A stretch of 64,000 bases of DNA from a virus, in the IMG/VR virus record IMGVR_UViG_3300025913_000025, positions 1-64,000 of that record. The stretch is one strand, 5' to 3'. Within the stretch, counting starts at the first letter, position 1. Each line of letters starts with the position of its first letter. The position numbers were made by a program, and so were the translations under genes. Positions 1 through 8,813 of the stretch are shown here, piece by piece. The notes under the pieces were generated by a model. The model was not told where the DNA came from and did no database searches. It saw nothing but the letters and a program-made list of their open reading frames with translations.

Positions 1-65
1 CTGCTCGGCTCAACGGTCCGCGGCGAAAGGACCGTCTTTTCGCCGCGGACCGTTGAGCCGAGCAG
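1..65. repeat. Near-perfect 65-bp palindrome at window start
   Basis: 1-28 CTGCTCGGCTCAACGGTCCGCGGCGAAA is the exact reverse complement of 38-65; centre at 33. Confidence 0.95.
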
Positions 66-767
66 CACATCCCCACTCGCGGACTTGAGAAACGATTTCA
101 GCGCGCGGAGGGTATCTCCTGGCAACGTGGCCGAGAGCGGCGCGGTAGGGGTTCCGATTGCCCAGACGACGGGAAGTTCTGCTATCAACATCCTTCGGCC
201 GTCACTTCCAACCAACCGAATCGTCTCGTCCGTAAGCTCGATCCGCACTCCGTCGATACCTCGCGTGCTGCGTGCTTCGGTATAGTCGGCGCACTCAGCC
301 AACGCGTTCAAGAGCTCGGCCGAGTCAACGCGCCACGCGTCCTCCGGTACGGCCGGACAATCGAGCGGTTGAGTGTAAGACGGATAGCACGCCGCAAGCC
401 GCCAGGTCGATCGAATCCCCCCGCGAGAACTCCAGTATTTCGCCGTGACCAGTCCGGGCGAGAACTCGAGATAAACCGGTTCGCCGTCTTTCACGGTCCG
501 CGAGAGCTCACCTAGTTTCCCGACCGGTACCAACGCAGCCCATCGGCCAGGTGAGTCGACTTGCCAGGTAGGCAAGGCGCGCCGTTGAATCGTGCCGGCA
601 CCATCCCGCCAAGCGATGTACGGAGCTTGTCCGGCCCGGTCAATCCCGAACGTAGCGACTTCGGTTGGAATCGACCGCAAGAGCGGTGCGGCGAATCGTG
701 GGAACAGCGCGAAACGTGGGGCAGGCGCCGGCAAGGCCAGTTGAAACGGACCGTGGACTTGAAACAT
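1..767 (-). CDS. DNA polymerase III beta sliding-clamp-like protein (partial, runs off left end)
   Basis: Not in ORF track (no stop in window). ATG at 767 after GGAG. Manual translation gives ...AWRVDSAELLNALAECADYTEARSTRGIDGVRIELTDETIRLVGSDGRRML..., resembling the DnaN middle-domain G-V...V-[AG]-[TS]-D-G-x-R motif. Confidence 0.65.
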   Translation of the reverse strand, partial: MFQVHGPFQLALPAPAPRFALFPRFAAPLLRSIPTEVATFGIDRAGQAPYIAWRDGAGTIQRRALPTWQVDSPGRWAALVPVGKLGELSRTVKDGEPVYLEFSPGLVTAKYWSSRGGIRSTWRLAACYPSYTQPLDCPAVPEDAWRVDSAELLNALAECADYTEARSTRGIDGVRIELTDETIRLVGSDGRRMLIAELPVVWAIGTPTAPLSATLPGDTLRALKSFLKSASGDVLLGSTVRGEKTVLSPRTVEPS

Positions 768-847
768 CGAACGAGCTCCGAAGGAAGGAAGAGAACCGAG
801 GGGAAAGGGGGATTGAACGTCTCAATCCCCCCCCCTGCGTTTGCCGG

Positions 848-1669
848 TCAAGCTCCCATCAACCGCGCCATTTCCTCTGTCAATTTCCAGATCGCTTGGT
901 TGAGACGGACGTTTTCGGAAACCCCTTTGATCTCGCGGGTGCGCGTCTTCCGGCCCGTCTCGGATCGACTCCGGATCCCTCCGCAGATCAGGTTTTCTTG
1001 GATCACATTGGTTGTGGTCCAAAGGTTTCCGGCCTGATCTTCCCGACGGCGGGGGGAAAGAATCTGAGCTTCGGTCACGGGTTTATCGGGGACAAGCTCC
1101 TTGACGGCCGTCGCGAATGCGCGCTGAACGGGCGCGGGAAGCGCGAGTTGTTTCCACGTTTTGATGGACTCGAGAGTCCGGGGCGCGGAGTCCATTACCT
1201 CAAAAGTCGCGTCGATAACCTGATCGTGGAAATCGGAACCGCCTTTGTGATGCACCTTGACGGAACCGAGATCACTGGATTGGACAACCAGCCCGTTTCC
1301 GCAAACGAGCCGAAAGATGCCGCTCATGAAGTTGTAAGACGACGTCCCATCATGGGAGTTAACGAGCACCAATTCCGGGAACTCGTCACCAACGGCCGTC
1401 GGCGCGAGCAAGTTCTCTTGGCGGAACCGGAGCAAGTGTTTCGTGAAATCGCCTTTCCCTTCGATGCGCGAGCGGGATTGAACGGCGAACGTGGGGACGA
1501 ATCCGCGGTCGCGCAACACGTCGACAACTTCGATTGTCGGAACGAACTTGTAGCGATCGCTCATCGAGTGCCAGGGGGTTGCGGCGAAGACGGACGGGAC
1601 CAGACGACGGAGGGAATCGTTGCTCAGGGCGATGGGCTGGCGTCCGACGATGCGGGTTGGAGTGTGCAT
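848..1669 (-). CDS. DUF932 (DUF945) family phage/plasmid protein
   Basis: PSVFA..SDRYKFVPT, FTKHLLRFR, LVNSHDGTSSY, GIFRLVCGNGLV motifs. Confidence 0.9.
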   Translation of the reverse strand: MHTPTRIVGRQPIALSNDSLRRLVPSVFAATPWHSMSDRYKFVPTIEVVDVLRDRGFVPTFAVQSRSRIEGKGDFTKHLLRFRQENLLAPTAVGDEFPELVLVNSHDGTSSYNFMSGIFRLVCGNGLVVQSSDLGSVKVHHKGGSDFHDQVIDATFEVMDSAPRTLESIKTWKQLALPAPVQRAFATAVKELVPDKPVTEAQILSPRRREDQAGNLWTTTNVIQENLICGGIRSRSETGRKTRTREIKGVSENVRLNQAIWKLTEEMARLMGA

Positions 1670-1720
1670 TCTCGAGACTCCTGGAAGGAAGGAAAACCGA
1701 TCGAAGCTTGATACGCTGGA

Positions 1721-1748
1721 AGTATAACGTGTGTGACGGGCTGGTCAA
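1721..1748 (-). promoter_or_regulatory. sigma70-like promoter for DUF932 gene
   Basis: Minus strand TTGACC-N16-TATACT, ~50 bp upstream of the ATG. Confidence 0.55.
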
Positions 1749-1868
1749 CACGAATTTTGTGTCACGGGCGCGGATTCGGAAAATCGCGCGGTGGATGTTG
1801 CTTGGTTGGAACGACTTGCGTAGCATGAACGCAGCCTGTACCAACTGGAATCTTTCTGGAATTCGCCG

Positions 1869-2366
1869 ATGATGCCCGAGGAAACGCGAGAGAAAGATTA
1901 CTCCACTCGCTACGCAAAGGGGTCATCAGGGAACCCCAAGGGACGGCCGAAGGGGAGTAAGTCATTCGCCGATACGTATAGGCGAATGTTGCGAGGGAAC
2001 AAATACGTTACCCTCGAGAAAGGCCAGTTCATCGAGAAAGAACTTCCGGCCGGAATGACCGTACAGAAAGTCCTGGCTGGCATCGCGATTACGAAAGCGC
2101 TGAAAGGTCATGTTGCCTTTCTGAAGGAAATCACGGACAGAACCGAAGGCAAGGTCCCGGTCAGAGTGGCGGACGCGAACGGGAACGCGCTCCAAGCGCC
2201 TATTACGATCGTGAGGGTGCACGGTATTGCGGGGGTAACGGCCGAGCTTGTCCAACAACTGGGCGGACCGCAAACCGTTGATACAACCTTTCAAGTTGAA
2301 CCGCCGCCCACCGAAGCGGGTGACGATGGAACCGAGGGTGAAGACGGTCAAACTCGCGACAGGTGA
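1869..2366 (+). CDS. DUF5681 domain protein, candidate terminase small subunit
   Basis: STRYAKGSSGNPKGRPKGSK motif; AITKALKG...EITDRTEGK. Confidence 0.75.
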   Translation: MMPEETREKDYSTRYAKGSSGNPKGRPKGSKSFADTYRRMLRGNKYVTLEKGQFIEKELPAGMTVQKVLAGIAITKALKGHVAFLKEITDRTEGKVPVRVADANGNALQAPITIVRVHGIAGVTAELVQQLGGPQTVDTTFQVEPPPTEAGDDGTEGEDGQTRDR

Positions 2367-2452
2367 GCGCGAAGTGTTCCAGGTGCGACACCCAGACTTC
2401 CGGGCCGTTCGAGCCGACGAACACGAACAAGATACCTCCTCGGTCGATCAGG

Positions 2453-2710
2453 TCACCGCGTCGCATTGTCTCCTCCCTTCGTCACCCGCTCGATGATGCG
2501 GGTCGCGACCAGGCGGCCGGAATCGTTCGGGCGACTCAACATATAGTCGCAATAATCGTAAAGCGTTTCCCCCCGCTCGGCGCGAGCGGCAATCGGATGG
2601 GGTAGCGCGTGCAGGCCGGTTGCGCTCTCGAGTGCCAGGGTTGCCAGGGCGATTCGCCGACGGGACTCGGTTCGCTCGATGCGGACGGGTGAGACGTTGG
2701 TTCGGGACAC
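2453..2710 (-). CDS. hypothetical early protein
   Basis: ORF with GGAG RBS in leftward small-gene cluster. Confidence 0.5.
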   Translation of the reverse strand: MSRTNVSPVRIERTESRRRIALATLALESATGLHALPHPIAARAERGETLYDYCDYMLSRPNDSGRLVATRIIERVTKGGDNATR

Positions 2711-2728
2711 TGGGATTCTCCTGGGAAG

Positions 2729-2814
2729 AAAAGCATGCTTTTTGTTGGGCCTACATAGCCGCCGAAAAAAAGCATGCTTTTTGTTGGGGCGACATTAGGG
2801 AAAAACGCGTTTTT
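2729..2814. promoter_or_regulatory. Three AT-flanked palindromes (operator-like)
   Basis: AAAAGCATGCTTTT (2729-2742), AAAAAGCATGCTTTTT (2767-2782), AAAAACGCGTTTTT (2801-2814). Confidence 0.55.
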
Positions 2815-2931
2815 TCTCGAAAATCGACACATGAGTTTTCGTGGATGCATCACCATCCACCGATGGGAGTGGGTGCATGGGTGCACACGTCAACATGGGT
2901 GCATGCACTGGCCGGGGGGAGGTCAGTCGAC

Positions 2932-3174
2932 CTACCATGGCTTGACGACCGACGGTCCTCCTCTCACGTGATCGACCAACACGACTCCCTCGCGAGGGTA
3001 AGGCAAGGGGTTACGCATTCCGTACCGTCCGATAGCCCAGACTTCGGCAATGGGTGCGCCTTGCTTGTCATGTCCGACAATCCGGTATGTATACTGTCGG
3101 TCGGGTTTACCCTCTGGGTGTAAGGTGACGATGTCGCCAACGCAAAACGTTGCCATGGGGTGAGCTCCATTCAA
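2932..3174 (-). CDS. hypothetical early protein
   Basis: ORF in leftward cluster. Confidence 0.55.
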   Translation of the reverse strand: MNGAHPMATFCVGDIVTLHPEGKPDRQYTYRIVGHDKQGAPIAEVWAIGRYGMRNPLPYPREGVVLVDHVRGGPSVVKPW

Positions 3175-3243
3175 GGGTTCAAGGAAGAGGTCATCCCGCG
3201 CGCCCGATTAGAATCGGGGTCTCTCCACGCGCGGTCGGGGGGT

Positions 3244-3486
3244 TCACGCTTCGGAGGTCGTCTGTGTCACGTACTCGGCCACGGATCCGCACGTCGACGC
3301 TCTGTAGTCTTCCCAGAACTCGCGCCGAGTCCCGTATGGGACGTCTTCACGGCCCGCCCAGTAAATCGCCTCAAAAGCTTCTCTAGACGCCTTGCGGGGG
3401 GTCGTGCGATGGCAAGTCGCGCAGAGCCGCATACCTGATCGTTCGCGGTACTCGGCTTGTTCCGCACCGCAAATTTTGCAAGTCAT
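3244..3486 (-). CDS. small Zn-finger-like phage protein
   Basis: CKIC...CATC; GGAG RBS. Confidence 0.6.
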   Translation of the reverse strand: MTCKICGAEQAEYRERSGMRLCATCHRTTPRKASREAFEAIYWAGREDVPYGTRREFWEDYRASTCGSVAEYVTQTTSEA

Positions 3487-3520
3487 GAGTCAAGCTCCGG
3501 TCAAGAGGTTCCGAACGGGT

Positions 3521-3745
3521 TCAAGACGCGTCGACCAACGGCGCGGGATAGACGTAGGTTCTGGCAGGGGTTCCGCAAACCAAGTAGATCACAACACGCG
3601 TCTCAATCGAGCGGACGGACCGACGCCACGCGTGATCCGCAGAATGTTTGTAGTTTCCGGCATACACAACACCGTTGTAATCGTCGACGATTTGAAAGTA
3701 AGGCGTTGGCGAAAGCAGTTGTCGCAAGCGAGTCAGGATCGTCAT
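3521..3745 (-). CDS. hypothetical early protein
   Basis: Same CGGAGCTTGACTCATGA start context as 3244-3486. Confidence 0.55.
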   Translation of the reverse strand: MTILTRLRQLLSPTPYFQIVDDYNGVVYAGNYKHSADHAWRRSVRSIETRVVIYLVCGTPARTYVYPAPLVDAS

Positions 3746-3831
3746 GAGTCAAGCTCCGTCGGAAGGAAGTAAGGCTATCCCATCCCCTGCGCCGGGTTGG
3801 GCCCGGTTCGCCGCGCTCGCAGGGATTCGGT

Positions 3832-4215
3832 CTACCTGGCAATCCGGTATTCAACCTTGACGTCCGGCCTTGCGAGCTCAACGTCATACGCGACCCACCC
3901 ATCCGCCCATTTCAGTAGGCGGGGCGCGCGTCCTGCGTATTCTGTGGTGTTTTCGTCGCGGTTATACCTCGCGCCGACATAGTCCGGAAACAGCGCGACG
4001 ACATCGGCAGGGGGAAATTCCGTGAACCGGTCGCGACGTCGCACCGTGCCAACGTGAGACACGATTTCAGCGTATCGTTCGGGCTTGTCGGAAAGGTAGT
4101 TCGGCGCGCGGTATCGCACATCGTACTCGCGCCCGTTCACTCTGTAGGTCGTTTCACCTTGATAACCACAAACTAGCGATGGTGCCATAGTCCGAGCTCC
4201 GTGGGGGAGGTTCAA
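3832..4215 (-). CDS. hypothetical early protein
   Basis: ORF, stop/start overlap with neighbour. Confidence 0.6.
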   Translation of the reverse strand: MNLPHGARTMAPSLVCGYQGETTYRVNGREYDVRYRAPNYLSDKPERYAEIVSHVGTVRRRDRFTEFPPADVVALFPDYVGARYNRDENTTEYAGRAPRLLKWADGWVAYDVELARPDVKVEYRIAR

Positions 4216-4448
4216 TGGTCAACGCGTTCACCAGCAAACGACTCCGGATCGACAAGCCGAGATTCAACCAGATCCGCACGTCGAAGCAACGTAAGAGGTT
4301 TGATATGCATGTCGCAAATGAGCGATCCAAGCAGACGGTCACCGTTGTCTTCAACGACGATGAATCGCGCTTGCGCGTCTCCAGGATCAACAATGTCGCG
4401 GTACTGAACGATGACACCAACCAGCGAACGATCTGAAGGCCGAATCAT
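4212..4448 (-). CDS. hypothetical early protein
   Basis: ORF coupled to 3832-4215. Confidence 0.55.
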   Translation of the reverse strand: MIRPSDRSLVGVIVQYRDIVDPGDAQARFIVVEDNGDRLLGSLICDMHIKPLTLLRRADLVESRLVDPESFAGERVDH

Positions 4449-4541
4449 TTGCGAGTCCTCTTGTTCGTGAACATTTGATCTTTCCGCATGCCCCGCCCAG
4501 GGTCGCGAACCCCTGGAAGCGCTTGGCGGGGGGTTCGCGGT

Positions 4542-4730
4542 TCAGTATCCCAGCAGTCCGAGCAACCATTGCGCGTCATACTCTTCACGCTCTGCCTCAC
4601 CGTTCTCCGCGAGTAGTTCAACGAGCGTTGTACCGTGGTTCCGACACTCGCGGTCCGCTCGCTTCGGCGTGATGGTGATCCCTTCGGCGCTATCGTAGTA
4701 CGTGGCAAACATGGTCGTTTCCTTTCTCAA
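4542..4730 (-). CDS. hypothetical phage protein
   Basis: TYYDSAEGITIT...YDAQWLLGLLGY; AAAGGA RBS before internal ATG. Confidence 0.6.
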   Translation of the reverse strand: MRKETTMFATYYDSAEGITITPKRADRECRNHGTTLVELLAENGEAEREEYDAQWLLGLLGY

Positions 4731-4951
4731 CCGTGTTGACGATAGGTGATTGATTCGTAGACCCGGTGAAGGAGGCCGTTCACTTCGTATCGGAGCTTGA
4801 CAGGCTCAAGAGCTTCATCGTTGTCGATCAGAGCAACGTGGCGATCCCATGCGGCGTCTGCCAGGTCTTCAGACGGACCGTGGTAAATCGTGCCTACCGC
4901 GTTGCTCCAGACTGAGTAGGTCGTTTCCATCGTTCGTCCCCTGCGTGCCAC
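4727..4951 (-). CDS. hypothetical protein, first gene of leftward operon
   Basis: ORF followed upstream by AT-richer promoter-like DNA. Confidence 0.55.
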   Translation of the reverse strand: MARRGRTMETTYSVWSNAVGTIYHGPSEDLADAAWDRHVALIDNDEALEPVKLRYEVNGLLHRVYESITYRQHG

Positions 4952-5292
4952 TCGTCACACGTGTCTTACAATCTATTAATACGTCACAACAGGCGGGTTG
5001 TCCACAACTTTCTTTCCCGTGGTTCTCGGATTGTTCCGTAACACTTGTGGTACAACGGGTTGCGTCTCGAAAGTTTTTCCGGCTGGTATCCTTCCCCTAG
5101 ATAGTGAAGCGCGTGCGCCCGCGTTCTACCTGCCTGGCCGGTCTCTCCTGGCCATGGGGCGCTGCCTGGCCGGTCGGTCGGTGGGGCTGCGTTGACAGCT
5201 CAGGCGCTAGGCCATGCTCGGCGGGTCATCGGAGGGTGAGCGGTCCTCGGGGGGAGCTCGACTCCGACCGACCGGCCGATATCCGGAAACGT

Positions 5293-5950
5293 TGCGCCGA
5301 TGTGCGCCGACGATGCGCCGAAAGTTCGGCGCTCGAGCTCGGCTCGAGCCGGTGAGAACCTGGGTAGCAGGGGAGGGCGGGGTCGAATTTCCCGAATGGG
5401 GGGGGTGTACCCCCCTCCGCGCGATCATCCCCACGCAGCAATTCGCCCAATTTCCGATCGCCTCAAAGCCCCTCCCAGCAGCGCACCAACGGCACCACGG
5501 AGCGCCCAGCCCCCCTCTCGCCACCGCCCACAATCGCCTGCTGGCCTCTCCAAGCCGTCAGTCGCGCGATCCCTCCGCGAATCCGTCGATTATCTCCCAA
5601 GCGGCTCAGCGACCGTCCTAGCCCCTCGAATGACCAGCCACCCAATCGTCTCCAAGCCTCCCCACAGCGTTCTTCATTCCCTCCCCTCTCCAAGCCGTCC
5701 CCTCTCTCCGAAGCTCTCCCAGCGTCCTGCCAGCCCCCTTCCGAGCCATTCCGCTTCTCGCCCCATTCCCCTCCCTGCTCTTCCCACGAATCCCCGCCAA
5801 TTCCCCGGCATTTCCATCCAATTCTCCGCATTTTCCCGTCCCCTGCTCTTCCCGATTCCGGGCCTTTTCGATCCCGCTTCCTGCCCCGAAACACGGATCT
5901 CCCCTTCCCGCGCCGAAGGCGCTCGGCGCGCATTCCCGAATTTTTCCGAT
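5293..5950. other. Non-coding skew-switch region, candidate packaging/terminus site or origin
   Basis: TGCGCCGA x3 (5293, 5303, 5314); G8-TGTA-C6 (5398-5415); C/T-rich tract; CCTCTCCAAGCCGTC at 5545 and 5685; lies between divergent operons. Confidence 0.45.
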
Positions 5951-5961
5951 CCAGTTCTTGA

Positions 5962-5990
5962 TTGCCGCAAACGTACCCGCCGAGTACAAT
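5962..5990 (+). promoter_or_regulatory. sigma70-like promoter
   Basis: TTGCCG-N17-TACAAT. Confidence 0.55.
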
Positions 5991-6048
5991 CCGTTCCGTG
6001 TCGCGCCAAGATCCTTCCTTCCGAGCCATTTTCCGTTCAGGAGCTCCC

Positions 6049-7380
6049 GTGGCCCACGACCTTCCCGGGAAAGACGGCGCGGTGATCTGGCAAGGCGACT
6101 CTCGGGATCTCCTCCGCGAAATTCCCGATTCCTCGATCGACGCAATCGTAACCGACCCGCCCTACGAACTCGGCTTCATGGGCAAGTCCTGGGACGCGAC
6201 CGGTATTGCCTACGATGTTTCGATGTGGCGCGAGTGCCTGCGCGTCCTGAAGCCCGGTGGCCACCTGCTCTCATTCGGCGGGAGCCGGACTTATCACCGG
6301 ATGGCGTGCGCGATCGAAGACGCGGGGTTTGAGATTCGTGACCAGATCATGTGGATCTATGGCGGGGGATTCCCGAAATCCCACGGCGTGAGCAAGGCGA
6401 TCGACAAAGAGGCTGGCAAGACACGGGAGCGAATTCGAGGTGTCCGGTCCAAAGTAGGACACGAAGTTTATGCGACCGACGAATGGACCAAGGAATTCGG
6501 CGATTCGGTGTTGTCGCCTGAGCCAATCACCGAAGCCGCCCAGCAATGGCAGGGCTGGGGCACCGCTCTCAAACCCGCTCACGAGCCGATCGCTCTCGCG
6601 CGGAAACCGCTGATCGGCACCGTGGCGGAGAATGTGCTGTCGCATCGGACCGGAGCGATGAATATTGACGTGTGCCGAGTAGAGGGCGCGTGGCAACGGA
6701 GCGGTCCGTGCCACGATTTACGGGGCGGAGCATACGGCAGTCACGAGACCATTCACCATAACGGGATGCCGAACGAACAGGCTGCCCACCCACAAGGCCG
6801 CTGGCCCGCCAACGTTTGCCACGACGGCTCTGACGAGGTACTCGCCGCGTTTCCCGAATCGACTACCGAGACAAACGCTCGCAGTGCCACGAACCGCGAT
6901 AACGAACCGAGTAGCGAACGAATTTACGCGGATCGAGGCGGTACTAGTTTCACCATGAAGCCAGGCGCCAGAAGGGGCGATACCGGCTCCGCCGCCCGAT
7001 TCTTTTACTGCGCTAAAGCCAGCCGCGAGGATCGCAACGAAGGCTGTCAATCTCTGCCTCCGCGCTTACTCAACTGGTCGAGTGGCACCGAGAACCCCGG
7101 CAGTTTTCAGTCCGAAGGCACAAACAAAACGTCCGCGAACCATCACCCCACCGTCAAGCCAACCGACCTGATGCGCTGGCTCTGCCGGCTCATTACCCCA
7201 CGCGGCGGCCTGATCCTCGATCCGTTCGCCGGCTCTGGGACGACCGGCAAGGCTGCCGTTGTCGAGTCGTTTCGCTTCATCGGCATCGAGCAAAACCCCG
7301 AATACGTGGAAATCGCGCGGCGGCGGATCTCTCACGCCCGCCCTCAACATCCCTTGTTCGCCTCCCTCTCCGACGACTGA
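6049..7380 (+). CDS. DNA methyltransferase, N6A/N4C beta class
   Basis: TDPPY catalytic motif, HPTVKP, LDPFAGSGTT SAM motif; GTG start at 6049 after AGGAG. Confidence 0.93.
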   Translation: MAHDLPGKDGAVIWQGDSRDLLREIPDSSIDAIVTDPPYELGFMGKSWDATGIAYDVSMWRECLRVLKPGGHLLSFGGSRTYHRMACAIEDAGFEIRDQIMWIYGGGFPKSHGVSKAIDKEAGKTRERIRGVRSKVGHEVYATDEWTKEFGDSVLSPEPITEAAQQWQGWGTALKPAHEPIALARKPLIGTVAENVLSHRTGAMNIDVCRVEGAWQRSGPCHDLRGGAYGSHETIHHNGMPNEQAAHPQGRWPANVCHDGSDEVLAAFPESTTETNARSATNRDNEPSSERIYADRGGTSFTMKPGARRGDTGSAARFFYCAKASREDRNEGCQSLPPRLLNWSSGTENPGSFQSEGTNKTSANHHPTVKPTDLMRWLCRLITPRGGLILDPFAGSGTTGKAAVVESFRFIGIEQNPEYVEIARRRISHARPQHPLFASLSDD

Positions 7381-7429
7381 TCTCTCTTCCAAGCCATGCC
7401 CGCGCCCCACAAAATCACCAACTCCTCGA

Positions 7430-7458
7430 TTGACGCAAACGACCCCCAATGCTAGGAT
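7430..7458 (+). promoter_or_regulatory. sigma70-like promoter
   Basis: TTGACG-N17-TAGGAT. Confidence 0.55.
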
Positions 7459-7503
7459 TCACCGTCCCGATTCCCCGATCCCCTTCCTTCCGGACCCCCT
7501 GCG

Positions 7504-7632
7504 ATGCCCTACAACGGACCTCCCGGCACTCCGCGTGACGACCGGTTCCCGCTTCCCGGCTGCCTGCTGATCACATCGCTCTGGGCCGTGACGGTCCTGG
7601 TCGGGTACTTCGCGTTCCGCTCGACGCACTGA
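7504..7632 (+). CDS. 42-aa single-TM membrane protein
   Basis: Manual translation MPYNGPPGTPRDDRFPLPGCLLITSLWAVTVLVGYFAFRSTH, downstream of promoter. Confidence 0.5.
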   Translation: MPYNGPPGTPRDDRFPLPGCLLITSLWAVTVLVGYFAFRSTH

Positions 7633-7649
7633 AACCCGGAGCTACTTCA

Positions 7650-8474
7650 ATGACCGTTCCCTCCGAGAAACCAACGTCGCCGATCCGCGCGATCACCTTC
7701 GACGTCTTCGGTACCATTCTCGACCTCGGCTCCGCAGCCTGGGCGAAGCCCTACGCCAACGCGATAGCCGCCATCAACAAGGGCATCGCACCGTACCGGC
7801 CCATCGAGACGATCTTCGCTGATATCAATGCGGACTGGCCGTCGCTCTCGCTTTACCCGGATGTGATGCCCGGCCTGATGCACCTGAAGAAGAACTTCGT
7901 GATCGCCCCGCTCTCGAACGCCGGCCTGATCGTCGGCGAAGCGATGCGTGAACGGTTCGAGTTGCCGTGGACCATGATCGTCGCCACGGAGTCAGCGATG
8001 GCCTACAAACCCGATCCGAAGGTCTATGAGCGTGCGGTGAACCAGCTCCAGTTCAAGCCGCGTGAGATCCTTCACGTCGCCGCCCATCGTTACGACCTTC
8101 GCGCGGCGAAGAAGCTCGGATTCGCGACCGCCCTGGTCCTGCGTCCCGGCGCGAAAGACGATCCCCGCTCCACAGACCGGTTCGATTTCACGGTTCATGG
8201 CATCTATGAACTGGCTGCATGGCTCGGCATGAACCCGAGATGGGTGGTCTCCGTCCTGGCTTTGCCCGAGCCCAAAAAATCACGCAAGGCAAGTCATTAC
8301 GTGTTCCACATTGACGCCATCTCCAGTGACCAGGCCGTCGCCGCGGGTCGCGTACTCGTGGAGTCAATGTGTCCCGTCAAGGACGGCTGGACCCACCACA
8401 TCGCCGCGATGCACTCGGGTTCCGTGTCGCTCGATGCGGAATGCGTCAACAAACTGCTCGCGTTGCGTCCCTGA
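7650..8474 (+). CDS. HAD-family hydrolase (haloacid dehalogenase type II-like) with extra C-terminal domain
   Basis: FDVFGT, LSN, YKPDP, HVAAHRYD motifs. Confidence 0.85.
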   Translation: MTVPSEKPTSPIRAITFDVFGTILDLGSAAWAKPYANAIAAINKGIAPYRPIETIFADINADWPSLSLYPDVMPGLMHLKKNFVIAPLSNAGLIVGEAMRERFELPWTMIVATESAMAYKPDPKVYERAVNQLQFKPREILHVAAHRYDLRAAKKLGFATALVLRPGAKDDPRSTDRFDFTVHGIYELAAWLGMNPRWVVSVLALPEPKKSRKASHYVFHIDAISSDQAVAAGRVLVESMCPVKDGWTHHIAAMHSGSVSLDAECVNKLLALRP

Positions 8475-8507
8475 TTCCACGGACTTGCTTCCACGGAGCA
8501 ACCTCGA

Positions 8508-8759
8508 ATGAAATTCGCCGTCTCCGCCCTCGCCGCAAAACGAAACACGCTCCCCGTCGAACTGCGGAATATCGGCTTCCTGGTCGAAGCCGTGACCAGA
8601 GACGAAGCCGTCGGGATAGCCCATCGAATCATCGAACAGGTGTTTCCGAGCAAACTCGGATGGATCCGCGAACTCAACGTGATTGCCGCACAAGAAGACC
8701 CGCTCAGCGTCGAGGAGATTGTCAATTCGCTGCGCGAGTGGAGTCGCCCCAATTCCTGA
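8508..8759 (+). CDS. hypothetical protein, paralogue of HAD C-terminal domain
   Basis: AVTRDEAVGIAHRIIEQVFPSKLGW vs AISSDQAVAAGRVLVESMCPVKDGW. Confidence 0.65.
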   Translation: MKFAVSALAAKRNTLPVELRNIGFLVEAVTRDEAVGIAHRIIEQVFPSKLGWIRELNVIAAQEDPLSVEEIVNSLREWSRPNS

Positions 8760-8770
8760 ACCCCCCGCAC

Positions 8771-8799
8771 TTGCGATTGCCGCAATCGTTGAATAGAAT
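8771..8799 (+). promoter_or_regulatory. sigma70-like promoter with palindrome in spacer
   Basis: TTGCGA-N17-TAGAAT; CGATTGCCGCAATCG. Confidence 0.6.
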
Positions 8800-8813
8800 A
8801 CGGCGAACCGTGA

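Noticed and set aside
665-1711. Long antisense ORFs (also 9133-10212, 22681-24147, 27813-29078, 33096-35237, 35330-36856, 39072-40331)
   Set aside because: Shadow frames opposite recognisable genes, expected in high-GC DNA
2729-2814. Possible mini CRISPR array
   Set aside because: Only two ~20-bp repeats with a short spacer; no cas genes
5207-6145. Several 100-260 aa ORFs in the skewed region
   Set aside because: Low-complexity Pro/Ser or Gly/Arg translations of a compositionally biased non-coding tract
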